Source of the DNA: Candidatus Bathyarchaeota archaeon
GTDB taxonomy: Archaea > Thermoproteota > Bathyarchaeia > Bathyarchaeales > Bathycorpusculaceae
Direction of reading: 5' to 3'
NCBI GenBank assembly: GCA_963707955.1
Contig: OY970176.1
Span: 352,001-416,000 of the forward strand
Length of the DNA stretch: 64,000 bases
The position numbers and the translations under genes were made by a program. Position 1 is the stretch's first letter; each line of letters begins with the position of its first letter. The notes under the pieces were generated by a model. That model saw only the letters and a program-made list of their open reading frames with translations. It made no database searches and was not told where the DNA came from. This document shows positions 30,386 to 41,788 of this stretch, piece by piece.

Positions 30386-31812
30386 CTAATCGAACCTGAC
30401 TCCTCGCCTAATTTCACTGATAACAGTTTTGATCCTAGGAATGTTGGTAAGAAGTACGGCGGTTCTGTAATGGCTCTTGGCCATTCTCGTTATTTGTTTT
30501 AGAAGTCTTCGGGGCGAAGATAGAATTCTCGGAAATAATCGTATATCATGGAGCGAATTTCTTCATATGGAACAGTGTTTGGCGAAACATCTGGCACGTA
30601 AACGCTTGCCTCCCAACACTCATCCTCATTGATCAGCCCCCTTTCCACCAAGTCATTCCAAATCTTTGTTCCAGAAATAGCACTGAGAATGTTTAAGGAG
30701 GGTATATCAATGTCTAGTTTTTGCGCAAACTTTAACGTGTTTTCTACTTCGCTTTTAGTTTCATCGGGAGCCCCAACTATAAACGAACCTACGATGATGT
30801 CTACACCAGCCTTTCTGGCTTTGCGTACAGCGTTGACGGATTCTTCAGGGGTTATCCCTTTATTGTAGTAATCTAGAATTCTCTGGTTCGCGCTTTCTAT
30901 CCCGAAATAAAGATTACTAAACCCAGCCTTCACCATGTGTCTAAGCATGTCGTATTCAGAGTTGTCAACTCTTGAATCACAAAACCATCGAATGCCCAAT
31001 CCTTCCTTCCTGATTTTCTGACAAAGCGTCTTGACTCTTTTTCTGTTTAGGGTAAAATTGTCGTCGACCAACAGAATTTCCTCATAACCTTCGCTTCGAA
31101 GCATTTGTAATTCGCTCATGATATTCTCAACAGACCTCGGTCTCCAAACCCCTCCAACAAATTTCCGGCATCCACAAAAAGCACAATGGAAAGAGCATCC
31201 CCTCGATGAAAGAAAGGTCGTAAACTTTCTCGTGGCAACCTTCACTCCGAAAATCGTTGATGTATATTCAGCATTCATCAGGTGCCGATCAGGAAAAGGA
31301 AGCTCATTAATGTCTTTGATGAGAGGCCTATCTGGAGTAGAAACGATTTCCCCATTATGCCTGAACGTTATACCGTCAACTTTTCGGATATCGCCTCCTT
31401 TCTCCAAACACTTTGCAAGATTAAGGCTCGTGTATTCTCCCTCTCCTCGAACGATCACGTCAACACAGGGATACTTTCTGAGAATCCTATTGTCGTTGAA
31501 GGTCGCGTGGTAGTTTCCCATAACAATCGTGACATTGGGATTCCATTCCTTCACGAGCTCCGCAATCTTCGGCGCCTCCGTCGCAGCACTCTGCAAAACC
31601 GAAAAACCCAAGATACCAGGATCTTCCTTCTTGACCCAGCTCAAAGCTTGCTCACGAGAGAAACCCTTTGCCGTTTGATCCAGCAAGGAAACATCTATCC
31701 CCTCCTTCGTCAGAACGCCCGCGATGTACAGCATACCCAACGGCGGCCAAGCCTTTGCGCACATATCCGCACTGCCCGGAGCTTGGCTCGGGTTTATGAA
31801 TGAAAACTTCAG
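30386..31812 (-). CDS. B12-binding radical SAM protein, probable frameshift near 3' end
   Basis: PPLG, GNYHAT, RGEGE, SRGCSFHCAFC, DDNFT, GIES; annotated stop at 30499, but the shifted frame continues RLLKQITRMAKS...VRFD* to 30386; likely CTG start after GAGGTGA. Confidence 0.85.
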
Positions 31813-32166
31813 ACAGCTCACCTCACACAATGCATGAACCGCGCGCCCCGGTTCTGCCAAGTCTTCGGTTGATGCTTCTCAAGCAATTCTGTTCTTTACC
31901 CATGTTTTCTCACATCACTCTTTAACTGTCCATAGTAATTTTCCAAAATAAAGCTGTTGCATGTACTCTTTATATTGCATAACGTCTCTTGGGCTATTTA
32001 CAGTGACTGCGTGAGCCCGCGCGCGCGATGTGTGCGCAATAAGGCGCTGTGGGCCATAGTGGTTGGCAGAAAGACATAACTCAACTCTGCTGTAAATTGG
32101 AGATTAGCGCGCGCGAAAGTCTTTTAATGAGAACCTGACTCGCTTGATCTTGAGGAGCCATTCAAC

Positions 32167-33660
32167 TTGCGAAATGACGTCATACTCACTGCTGATAGCA
32201 CGCTGATGAGTAATTATCGTCGCAACGAATTCTTGGGCTTCGGCACATGCGCGCCTCCGAACTTCATTCCGGACGAGCTATACAAGTGGCTTTTCTTCCC
32301 TCCCATCCAGCAGGTAGATGACGTTCCGGCAGCCGCCCCGTACGGTTTGAGAAAGATCGAAGCTCAACTATTGAGCGAAGGATTCGACGTTCGAACCGTT
32401 TCGCCTAATCATCTTAAGAATCATGTGGCCGAAGCGAAGGTGCTAGGCATACACGTCATGGACCCGTTTGGCTTAGGACCCGCCTCAAGCACCTTGGCAT
32501 TTATTCTTAACAAAGAGCCATTCCTTGCCAAGTACTTTCGCGTGTTGCTAAGTCAGCCGCCGGTTAGAAAGGCAAAAAAGAACGGCTTGAAAATCATCGT
32601 AGGGGGACCTGGAGCCTGGCAGTGCCGATACAGGCCAAAGTTTGTTGACAAATACGGGATCGACTGCATAATCGCAGGAGAAGCCGAGAAGTTTGTTGGA
32701 AAAATCTTCAAAGCGGCTATCGAAGGCCAGCCGGTACCGAAATATTACGAGTCCAACATCGAAGAGAGCCCAAAAGTGGAAGAGATTCCTGAAATCGTCA
32801 ATCCTTCAGTAAACGGCCTGGTAGAAATTGGCCGAGGATGCTGCAGAGGCTGCAAGTTCTGCAGTGTAACGATGAGGGCTTTGCGTTGGTACCCGATGGA
32901 AAAGATCCTCCGTGAAATCGACGTGAACATGAAGGTCGGTGGCATAGAAGGAACAATCCTCCATGCGGAGGATGTCATGCTCTACGGCTCCAAGAACACT
33001 TCGCCAAACGGTGAAAAACTCATCAAACTGCATGAAACGGTCGTCAAAAAATGCAAAGGAGTGACGTGGAGCCACTGTTCGCTGGCGGCTGTTGCAGCGG
33101 AACCGAAGCTTTTCTCAAAGACGGCCGAAATCATAAAACAGAAACAACCATGGTGGGGAGTTGAAATAGGCATTGAAACCGGCTCTCCGAGGCTGATAGG
33201 GAAAATCATGCACTTGAAGGCTCACCCGTTCAAGCCCGAAGAATGGCCCGAGGTTGTCCGAACAGGAATGGGGCTAATGCACGACAACGGACTCGTCCCT
33301 GCTGGCACGTTGATCGTGGGAACTCCTGAAGAAAAAGAAGAGGATCTAATAAAAACCATGGAACTACTAGACGACCTAAAGGGGATGAGAAGCCTCATCG
33401 TGCCACTATTCTTCGTTCCCATGGGAACACTGCAACATGAAGACTGGTTCAAAGGAACACAAATGACAGACCTGCACCGAGAACTGCTGATAAAGTGTTT
33501 TCAGCATGATTATTACTGGCTCTATAACCTAATGGATATGGCATTCGCTGGAAGATGGCAGGGAAAAGTGCTAGAGCCTTTCTTCAAGCTCTTCGCATAC
33601 ATAGTGAAATTCAAAGCAAGACAGTCTGGAATCAACCTTACTGTCGACGAACAGACTTAA
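32167..33660 (+). CDS. Radical SAM protein resembling the Grs/Gms (GDGT-modifying) family
   Basis: VILTAD, APYGLRKIEA, MDPFGLGPASST, GGPGAWQ, VEIGRGCCRGCKFC, GIETGS, VPLFFVP; family assignment is recalled from memory and not searched. Confidence 0.65.
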   Translation: MRNDVILTADSTLMSNYRRNEFLGFGTCAPPNFIPDELYKWLFFPPIQQVDDVPAAAPYGLRKIEAQLLSEGFDVRTVSPNHLKNHVAEAKVLGIHVMDPFGLGPASSTLAFILNKEPFLAKYFRVLLSQPPVRKAKKNGLKIIVGGPGAWQCRYRPKFVDKYGIDCIIAGEAEKFVGKIFKAAIEGQPVPKYYESNIEESPKVEEIPEIVNPSVNGLVEIGRGCCRGCKFCSVTMRALRWYPMEKILREIDVNMKVGGIEGTILHAEDVMLYGSKNTSPNGEKLIKLHETVVKKCKGVTWSHCSLAAVAAEPKLFSKTAEIIKQKQPWWGVEIGIETGSPRLIGKIMHLKAHPFKPEEWPEVVRTGMGLMHDNGLVPAGTLIVGTPEEKEEDLIKTMELLDDLKGMRSLIVPLFFVPMGTLQHEDWFKGTQMTDLHRELLIKCFQHDYYWLYNLMDMAFAGRWQGKVLEPFFKLFAYIVKFKARQSGINLTVDEQT

Positions 33661-33866
33661 GCGCACGCGGAAAATTTAAGATATAGACTTTAGCCGTTTA
33701 AAGACGCGTACGCCCATGATAATTCACCTAGGCATGCATTTAGCCACCTTTAGTGCAATCCAAGGAACAACGTAGAAATGATGACTTTTCCCCGATAACT
33801 TATTTTCAGCGGTCAACTTTGTCTTGGCTATGGCTGCTTTTACAAGGTTGCGCTGAACTTCTTTTG

Positions 33867-34070
33867 CTATCTCAGATATTCAACTTTGCGCTTGTGATAT
33901 AGCTTGCATTCTTTGACGACTTTTTTCAAGTATCGCGGCGGATACATCATACCCATCCCTGCCAGCAACATGAGTTGCGTTGCCTGATCCTGCCTTGTTT
34001 CGCTGTATTCTGGGCATCCTATGCATTGATCGGGGAACTCATTGAAGCACACACGTTGTACTTCCAACAC
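33867..34070 (-). CDS. Small Cys-containing hypothetical protein
   Basis: GGGGG RBS then GTG/TTG; VCFNEFPDQCIGCPEY...KECKLY. Confidence 0.45.
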   Translation of the reverse strand: MLEVQRVCFNEFPDQCIGCPEYSETRQDQATQLMLLAGMGMMYPPRYLKKVVKECKLYHKRKVEYLR

Positions 34071-34356
34071 TATTCCCCCAGCGCGCGCGCTCGGGATATC
34101 TTCTTCCTTATATAATAAAGAGGTCAAACGAAGATATTAAGATGTATGGAGCTGTCTTCTATCCTCGCCTGATCTGAAAACTCGGGAACGTTCATGCGCC
34201 CTCGCGCGCGCGGGAAAATTATCCTAAAGTTTTACCCTTAGGGGAATTCTATAGATTATCGCCTCGCTCTTGGGTTGGAGCAGGCGTCTCTTAGAACGCG
34301 CTACGAAATCATAATGATCATCCGCTTATTCATGCACGCACAAGAGGAATCGAAAA

Positions 34357-35997
34357 CTATGCTTCCATACTAGAAAAGAGTTTCTTTACACCTCGCATGC
34401 AATAGTGACGCATCAACACAAGAAACAATGTTCCAATTGCCAATGTCAATATAATTGTCAACAATACTGATCCAGTTGCTCCGCCTCCCAACCCAGTTAA
34501 TAATCCCGTGCCTTCGTACAAAATCAAAGGAGTTAGAATCGCCACCGTAGCCAAGCCTCCCAAAACGAAGGCCACTATGAATCCTGTAAACGTAAGGTAT
34601 CTTGCTCTTGGTCCAACGTTAAAGCTGGGATATCGTGAGCCTGTTCCAAGCCCCACATAACCCTGTATTATCATATTGAAGGCCGCAGCAACCAAAGTAG
34701 CCAAGAACTGCCCCGCCGCAACAGGAGCCAGGAACTGCATGAGCAAAGCGATTGCCACGATGCCTGCCCCTGAAAAAATCCACGGAAGAAAAAGCTTTCC
34801 GAGAACCAATTCGTCAGCCGAGATGGGAAGCATATAGATGTTAGCGATCGAGTTTCCCTCCTGTCCTATACTAATTGAAGAAAGCATCATAGGCAGAATA
34901 AGCGATGTTTCAGCCAGAAGAACCAGACTCACGCCCGACAAAGCTTCCCCTGGATTCGCGCCGCTTGTCAACACTGGGAGCAAGGAGGCCACTACAAGCA
35001 ACACGGGTATGGCCAAGAACCTTGCCATTTCCCTCCGTCTCGCGAGGGATCTCAATTCTTTGGAGGCTACTGCGAACGCGACGGAGTCAAGCCACAAAAA
35101 TGATTTTCCTTGAGGGACATAGACGGTTGATGTGGATAAGGTAATGGTGACAGGTATGGGAGACCAATACTTGGCTCTTAGTCGAGTTGCAGCTTCAAAA
35201 ATCAGGAACGTGAAAAAGAGGGAAAGCAGGGCAAAAATGGTCGCTCTAGCCATATCCGGAGTCAGGAAGGACACGATGGCGACTGAAGGCCAGATTACAG
35301 GCAGGAACCAAGCCAAGCTGACGCCCGCCGCTATGCCTGAAAGGGCCGTGTAAAGAATGTATGGGTTAAACGCTATTTGCACCGCGACCAACAAAACGAC
35401 GACGAGGGCAATGCGTAATATGACGCCGAGTCTTCCGCTCTTCTTGTAAAGCGTGGTGGAGATACGGTTCATCACGGATCTCAACGCCTCCACTATCACT
35501 GCTCCCCAAACATAAGCCATGACAGAAATCAAAATGAAAAAGGGAACAACCGAAGACTCACCGAAGTTCAGAGCGAGCGGTATGGTGACCCCCAGACCAA
35601 TAAACAAAAAGGGCGAATAGGTGAGCTCCAACGAAACGCTTGACGCCACAACATATTCTATAGGAGACACTGGAAGCCAATTCACCGCTTCGCTCGAGGC
35701 AAGACCGCCCGTCTGCCCAAGCTCAAACAGTATCCCCGCCAAAATAACCGCCGAAGTGAGAATGACCGGCAGCACAATGAGGGACTGAACTGCGACCGGT
35801 CGAAACGAATTCATTAAATCAGCAGGAACCAAAGGGAGAGCATACACTAGAAACCCGAACGGAACGGCAAAAAGAACTATGTCAACAGCAACTATTATGA
35901 GGGGATTTGAAAGGCGACTTCTCCGCCCATAACGGCTCGCTCTGAAGTATGATTTGAAGAGAACAGTTGCGAGGCTTTTGACCGTTGACCATTTCAA
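34357..35997 (-). CDS. ABC exporter permease
   Basis: Multi-TM protein (WLPVSP, SIGQEG..LPIS..LGK); overlaps the ATPase gene. Confidence 0.8.
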   Translation of the reverse strand: MKWSTVKSLATVLFKSYFRASRYGRRSRLSNPLIIVAVDIVLFAVPFGFLVYALPLVPADLMNSFRPVAVQSLIVLPVILTSAVILAGILFELGQTGGLASSEAVNWLPVSPIEYVVASSVSLELTYSPFLFIGLGVTIPLALNFGESSVVPFFILISVMAYVWGAVIVEALRSVMNRISTTLYKKSGRLGVILRIALVVVLLVAVQIAFNPYILYTALSGIAAGVSLAWFLPVIWPSVAIVSFLTPDMARATIFALLSLFFTFLIFEAATRLRAKYWSPIPVTITLSTSTVYVPQGKSFLWLDSVAFAVASKELRSLARRREMARFLAIPVLLVVASLLPVLTSGANPGEALSGVSLVLLAETSLILPMMLSSISIGQEGNSIANIYMLPISADELVLGKLFLPWIFSGAGIVAIALLMQFLAPVAAGQFLATLVAAAFNMIIQGYVGLGTGSRYPSFNVGPRARYLTFTGFIVAFVLGGLATVAILTPLILYEGTGLLTGLGGGATGSVLLTIILTLAIGTLFLVLMRHYCMRGVKKLFSSMEA

Positions 35998-36758
35998 AGC
36001 TTCAATGCCTCAACAATCTTCTCCGTGTCCTCACTGCCCGTAAGCTTCAGGAAAGTATCCTCCAACGTTGAACCGGGCATCCCAGCCTTTGATCTCAGTT
36101 CCTGCACCGTCCCCTCGGCAATGATGCTTCCCTCATTCATGATAGTAATCCTGCTGCACATGGCCTCTGCAATTTCAAGAATGTGTGTACTAAACAGAAT
36201 TGAAACGCCTTCGCCAGCCAAGCGCTGAAGGACATCCTTAACGATCTTGGCTGACCTAGGATCTAAACCGTTCAACGCTTCGTCCAATACGAGGGCACGT
36301 GGACGATGAAGCAGAGCCGCCGTAATTGCTATTTTTTGCTTCATTCCTTGGGAGAAGCCGCTCATAACCTCATTCACGTGCTCATTCATTTGCAGCGCCT
36401 TAAGCAGCTCATCAACCCTCTCTCGCCGAACCTTCAGGTCGATGCCATACGCCGTGCCTACAAAGTCCAAGTACTCCGAAGCCGTCAGGTACTCATAAAG
36501 ATACGGCAATTCCGGAACATAGCCCACAAGTCTTTTCGCCTCGATAGGCTGCCGCAACACGTCCACGCCGCAAAGGCTGATCTTGCCATAATCAGGCTTA
36601 ACTATACTCATGACCATCTTCATGGTCGTGCTTTTCCCCGACCCATTCGGACCGAGAAGACCATGAACCTCACCCGGCAATACGGAAAGTGTCAGATCTT
36701 TTACAGCCACGTTATCACCGAAGGATTTCGTCACAGATTCTAGCATTATCCCGTCCAT
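35994..36758 (-). CDS. ABC transporter ATP-binding protein
   Basis: GPNGSGKST, FSQGMKQK, VLDE, STH. Confidence 0.92.
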   Translation of the reverse strand: MDGIMLESVTKSFGDNVAVKDLTLSVLPGEVHGLLGPNGSGKSTTMKMVMSIVKPDYGKISLCGVDVLRQPIEAKRLVGYVPELPYLYEYLTASEYLDFVGTAYGIDLKVRRERVDELLKALQMNEHVNEVMSGFSQGMKQKIAITAALLHRPRALVLDEALNGLDPRSAKIVKDVLQRLAGEGVSILFSTHILEIAEAMCSRITIMNEGSIIAEGTVQELRSKAGMPGSTLEDTFLKLTGSEDTEKIVEALKL

Positions 36759-37077
36759 AAGTTATCCCAAACCTCATTCCCAATGTTTCCAGGCGCACTA
36801 CCACGGCCCACTGAACGAGCATACTTTGTTTTAAACTTTCTTTTTTGGGTATATAGCTTAATCTTTTTCGCCGTAGCGCATGACCTCAAAGCCCAGTTCG
36901 CGCGCTAACATAGAGATAAGGCGTATACTCGATTCCGATAATCTCCATATACGTAGCCTATTATGATGATTTCTACTCTCCCCCTCTTTCCATTACCACA
37001 AACACCTAGCATGGCTGAACCGAGTGTACTGCCCTGACAATGGCCAACTTTTCCCACAGCAGGGCATCATCGTCACG

Positions 37078-38161
37078 TAGCGCGCATGCGTGTTCCTAAA
37101 TTCGATTTCTAATTGTATCAGGTGAGTCGCGTATCTCTCTCTTGAGGTGAGTCATGAGGAGATACGAGACTCTTGAGACCTTGTTTGGCAAGGTCGACTT
37201 ATCCTTTGCTGAGACAGTGCTTAATGAGACTTACCATGCGAAGGATTCTGTCGGCAGACCACCTAGAAGCCCTCTTGGCGTCTTCAAGGCTCATTTGCTC
37301 AGAAGGCTGAGGCACGTTCCAAGCGACAGGATGCTCGTGAGGCAGATGTGGAAGGACCCGAGGTTGAGGCGAATCTGTGACATAGAAGAAAATGAACCTC
37401 CATACGGCATAGCTGTCCTGTCTCGATTCAGGAGTAGGGTTGGGCCTGAAAGGCTGATGCGAATCGTTGATCACGCCATCGAGACGCTCGTAGAGAAAAG
37501 AAGAATCAAAGGAGAAACCTTGGCTTTGGATTCAACGTTCATCAAAGCGTGTAGCCGTCGAAACCTTGACAATCGTACAGGCTACAGTGACCCTGAATCG
37601 AGGGTTGGAAGAGCAGTCAAAACGAGAGATCTGGGCTACAGGCTTCACTTGGCCGTGGACTGTCGAAGCGAATTGCCCGTTGCTATGACGGGCCCCGGCA
37701 AACGAGAACGAGAAGAAACACTCTCTCAAGCTGCTTGAGAAGGCTTCACGCCACGTGAAACCTGAGAGGTTGGTTGCTGACCCACAGTACAGTTCCCAGA
37801 GCCTGCGAGACGCAGCCCTTGAGCAAGGAACGGTGCCTGTCATTCCTTACCCGCGAAACCAGCAGAAAGGCGTCAAAGGTGTTCTCAGAATCGACAGAAA
37901 ATTCAGGAGCCACGGGCCTCAACAGCTCAGACGAGCCTACAGAAGGCGCGCGGCAGTCGAACGAGTCTTCAGCAGACTCAAGAACCTCGCAGGCTTAACC
38001 CTGCACAACCTGAGAGGACTGGTCAAAATAACGTTGCACGCTCAGCTCTGCCTGCTCATCATGCTCTTCACAGCCCAAGCCGCCATAAACACGCACAGAC
38101 CAAGCAAAGCCCGAAGCATAAGATACTTCGCAAACTAATTTCGGAACACACATGCGCGCTA
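37078..38161 (+). mobile_element. IS5/IS1182-like insertion sequence (~1.08 kb)
   Basis: 23/25 terminal inverted repeat TAGCGCGCATG(C/T)GTGTTCC(T/G)AAATT (37078-37102, 38137-38161) enclosing a DDE transposase. Confidence 0.88.
37154..38138 (+). pseudogene. DDE transposase with frameshift near 37690
   Basis: GRPP, SDR, LALDST, GYRLHL, LVADPQY, AAVERVF; frames join as MT/APANENEKKH. Confidence 0.85.
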
Positions 38162-38282
38162 TTTAAGTTAAAGACACGACGCACGCTTTCGACCTGTGGG
38201 GGCCAGTTGCATAAACGATTAATACTTGCTCTGCGACAGTTTATTCTGTGGGTTCCATAGTGAGTGGGAACGGGAAAGGAAA

Positions 38283-39959
38283 ATGAGGCAAACTCTGCCT
38301 TTAATGGTTGCCGGATTCTTGCTTTTCGCCGTGCTCTTTGAACCTGCTTTTTCACTGGTGCAATTTGGACCGCTAGGCAAGACGCAAGGTTTGTCAAGTA
38401 TTTCCCAGACAAGTAGTGTGCCGCATATCGTGGTTGATGGAAACCTCAGTGATTGGGCAGGAGTCTACCCCATCATCAACGGGACGAGCGGAGATAGGAA
38501 CGACCCCTACTTTTACGGAATCATCGAATGCTACATTCTGGTCGAGGAAGGCCAGCTTTATTTCGTCTTCCAGAAGAAGCCCGGTGGAAGCGACAGCTGG
38601 CAAATGTTCTTTGACACTAACCTGCCCAGCGAGACAGGTTATCCAGTAAACAATATGAGGGCTGATTATATGCTTGACATGGAAGGGCCTACGCTGAGCA
38701 AATGGAGTGGAACCGGATTTAGTGAAGTCAGCGCTCCTAACGGCTCAGTAATCGTTGCATGGGGAGCAATTGGCGGAGGATTAGACTCGAAAGAATGGTT
38801 CGAAGGAAAGATCAATCTGAATGCCCTTGGCAACCCAACAGTCCTCGGCCTCGTCTTCGAATTGCCATATGAACATTTGGTCGCGCCTGAGACGGGCTAC
38901 ATCGTAGTTGTACAGAGTCAGAGCCTCAGCTTCGCAGCTTCCTACACGGGGGCACCGACACTTCATTATGGCCAACCTGTCGACATGGTCTTCAACTTGT
39001 TGAATTTCGGACCTTCCGACTTGAGCAACGCTGACCTAGAAATCAATCTGCCCAAGGAACTCGCCGTTACATCAGGCCAAACGGGTTGGCAAGGAACGAT
39101 TCCAGAAGGCGTAAGACTCACGCTGGATTTCGAGGCTGAACCACTCAATTACGGACGAGCCATGAGCTACTCTAACTTCGCTTGGGTTGACTCCTCCTCT
39201 GGCGAAAACCGGACCGTTAACGTTCCATCCACAACGCAGACCGTGCCCAGCGTTTCTCTCGACCTAGAGGCTCCAGCCAACATGACTGTAGGAGTGGAAT
39301 CCTCGATCAACATCACCATCACCAATCTAGATCCTCTAACAGCGCCCTTGACCATCGAGACAGACCCCCGCTACAATCACGGATTCTTGCTCGAAAGCCT
39401 TTCACTCGCGCTCTCGCCCAACTCAACGGTACGGCTTCTCTCTTTGCCGGTCATGCCAACCACTTCAGGTTACGACCCGCTCTATATCACTGCAGTGTTT
39501 CAGGAAGAAAGCGTAGGTGGGGCAAGTTCGGAAGTAATGGTCAATGCACCCCAAATCTACGTGACCTCCCTCAATATGTCAAGCGAGATGCAGGTGGGCA
39601 CAGCTTATTCCATTTCTGCCGTAATCGAAAACGAAGAGAACGTCTCGTACGGAGTCTCTTTCTCGATAGACCCTGGCCCTGGTCTTGTGTGCGTGAACGG
39701 CCAAAGCGTAAACATCACTCTCCCCGCAAACAGCAATACCACGATTACTGTTCTGATGAAAGCGGAGAAAACAGAATACTCATACGCCACTGTGCATTTG
39801 GACGGTGCCTACGGCCAGATAGTATATCCGCAATACTTCAACATCAACTTGGAACCGGCACCGACTAACACACCGATGCTGATTGCGGCGACGGTAATCA
39901 TCGTGCTGATCTTCGCGGCTGTGTTGGCGTTGAAAAGAAAACCATTTCAGAAAAACTAG
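38283..39959 (+). CDS. Secreted, C-terminally anchored surface protein with Ig-like/carbohydrate-binding-like domains
   Basis: Signal peptide, IVVDGNLSDW, N/S/T-rich beta domains, C-terminal TM plus KRK. Confidence 0.7.
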   Translation: MRQTLPLMVAGFLLFAVLFEPAFSLVQFGPLGKTQGLSSISQTSSVPHIVVDGNLSDWAGVYPIINGTSGDRNDPYFYGIIECYILVEEGQLYFVFQKKPGGSDSWQMFFDTNLPSETGYPVNNMRADYMLDMEGPTLSKWSGTGFSEVSAPNGSVIVAWGAIGGGLDSKEWFEGKINLNALGNPTVLGLVFELPYEHLVAPETGYIVVVQSQSLSFAASYTGAPTLHYGQPVDMVFNLLNFGPSDLSNADLEINLPKELAVTSGQTGWQGTIPEGVRLTLDFEAEPLNYGRAMSYSNFAWVDSSSGENRTVNVPSTTQTVPSVSLDLEAPANMTVGVESSINITITNLDPLTAPLTIETDPRYNHGFLLESLSLALSPNSTVRLLSLPVMPTTSGYDPLYITAVFQEESVGGASSEVMVNAPQIYVTSLNMSSEMQVGTAYSISAVIENEENVSYGVSFSIDPGPGLVCVNGQSVNITLPANSNTTITVLMKAEKTEYSYATVHLDGAYGQIVYPQYFNINLEPAPTNTPMLIAATVIIVLIFAAVLALKRKPFQKN

Positions 39960-39995
39960 GAAAGAAAGTGTAACCGCGCGCGGCTTAGCGTGCTG

Positions 39996-41282
39996 TTATG
40001 TAAGCAGTTTCGTTACAAGATATTTTCTTATTTTCCGGTAAGCCTCTATTCTTTGTTTGCCTGTGAATTCTGGGGTTTCAAAAACAGGGTAGGCCCCTTC
40101 AACATCATCTATGGGCCAGTCTAGAAGCTCCTCTTTATCGTAGCCGATCCAGTGGCCGTTCTCGTCTACCCAACTCCAAAACTCTGTTCCAGGAATAGGC
40201 GTAGCTAAGCTCAAATGAACTCCGTCAACCTTCGTTCGCTCAACAAACTTTCTTGTTTTGTCAACAACTTTCGGGGTGTCGCCTGGATTTCCAACCATGA
40301 AAAAAACATTAGCTTTGATCCCAGCTTCACGCGTTTGCCTGATTGCTTTGTCCACTTGATCCAGGGTTATGCCCTTCTTTATTCTAGTCAAGACGTCAGG
40401 GTCTGCTGATTCGACACCGTAGTTAATTGCAGTGCATCCAGCCTTCTTCATTCTTGCTAGTAGTCCTTCAGTTACAGAGTCAACCCTTATGCCGTTCCAG
40501 AAATAAAGGCTAAGCTTCCATTTTCTCGCAATTATTCTTTCAAGAATCTTCTCAGCCCTGTCTAAATCAAACGTGAAATTATCATCTAAGAAACTGACGT
40601 CCCTAACTCCGTAGTGCTCTCTCAAGTGCTGGATTTCTGTCAGCACGTATTCTGGGCTGTGACCGCGCCAACGCTTACCAAAAACTGAACGCGAACAAAA
40701 AACACATTGATAGGGGCACCCTCTGGAAGTGAAAAGGACCCCCGCGTTCTCGCCGTAAAGGTCCATAGGCAACTTTTCTCGGGCAGGAAAAGGCAAACTG
40801 TCTAAAGTCTCTACGGGGTCCCTTGGAGAATTACTCCTAATCTTGCTTCCATCGCGGAAAATCAAACCGTTTACATCACTTAAGCCATCCTTGTTTTGCA
40901 ACCTTTCTAAAAGCTCAACAAAAGTAACCTCGCCTTCACCAACAACAGCCGCGTCGATTTCCCGGTGCCTAACCAACATCGCCTCACCCATTATGCAGGC
41001 ATAAGGACCACCAACAACCACGAAACACTCAGGAAAATGAGCCTTGACCTTGCTGACAACAGCAAGAGCCTGATACGCATTTCCAATAGCACACGAAACC
41101 CCAACAACCTCAGGCCTGTCACGAGACAAGGATTCTTCAAAAGCTGTGAAAGACTCAACATTCAAGTCTGATATTTCAACTTCAAATCCTCTTCTCTTCA
41201 GCAACGCCGCCAAATATCCTAATCCAAGAGGGGGAACTCGGGATAAACCCTTGCCAAGGGGTTGAACCAAGATAACTTTCAT
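39996..41282 (-). CDS. B12-binding radical SAM protein
   Basis: PPLGLGYLAA, GGPYA, GEGE, SRGCPYQCVFC, DDNFT, GVES. Confidence 0.9.
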   Translation of the reverse strand: MKVILVQPLGKGLSRVPPLGLGYLAALLKRRGFEVEISDLNVESFTAFEESLSRDRPEVVGVSCAIGNAYQALAVVSKVKAHFPECFVVVGGPYACIMGEAMLVRHREIDAAVVGEGEVTFVELLERLQNKDGLSDVNGLIFRDGSKIRSNSPRDPVETLDSLPFPAREKLPMDLYGENAGVLFTSRGCPYQCVFCSRSVFGKRWRGHSPEYVLTEIQHLREHYGVRDVSFLDDNFTFDLDRAEKILERIIARKWKLSLYFWNGIRVDSVTEGLLARMKKAGCTAINYGVESADPDVLTRIKKGITLDQVDKAIRQTREAGIKANVFFMVGNPGDTPKVVDKTRKFVERTKVDGVHLSLATPIPGTEFWSWVDENGHWIGYDKEELLDWPIDDVEGAYPVFETPEFTGKQRIEAYRKIRKYLVTKLLT

Positions 41283-41545
41283 AATATTAGACAACTAACA
41301 GGAAATGCCAAATAAGCCTGCCGTTGACAATTGGCAATGCTTCCAAGCAAAGTCTACGCGCGCGAATGAGAATGGGTAAGCGTCAGGAAATTGAAACACT
41401 AATCAATGAAGAAGCTCTGCAGTTTGCTCAATATTTGAGAAATGAAAAACAAGATTGGATTGCTAGAGTTGTAAATTGGAATTAATCTACTTTCTGTGTG
41501 TGTGCGCGCGCTGTCTTCTTGAAAAAAGGTCTAGGTTGAACTAGG

Positions 41546-41788
41546 TTATTGTGTATTGCTAGGCGGTGGTGGTGTCTTCCGTGGTGGATAAAGTAACCCC
41601 AACGCCAAGAATATTATCCCTGCTACGTCAAGAACTATCCCTACGTTTTGATAGGGAGTAACTATTTGGGTTAAGACGCGCGCGGGAGGCTGGCCAACAT
41701 ATAGGGTTACTTGGTAAAATGAGGCGAACAAGCCTATCGCCAAAAGAATTATTCCCAAGATTACTAATCCTTTGTTTCTTCCTTCCAT
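41546..41788 (-). CDS. Small membrane protein (2 TM, Pro-rich tail)
   Basis: Two hydrophobic segments, PPPP tail. Confidence 0.6.
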   Translation of the reverse strand: MEGRNKGLVILGIILLAIGLFASFYQVTLYVGQPPARVLTQIVTPYQNVGIVLDVAGIIFLALGLLYPPRKTPPPPSNTQ

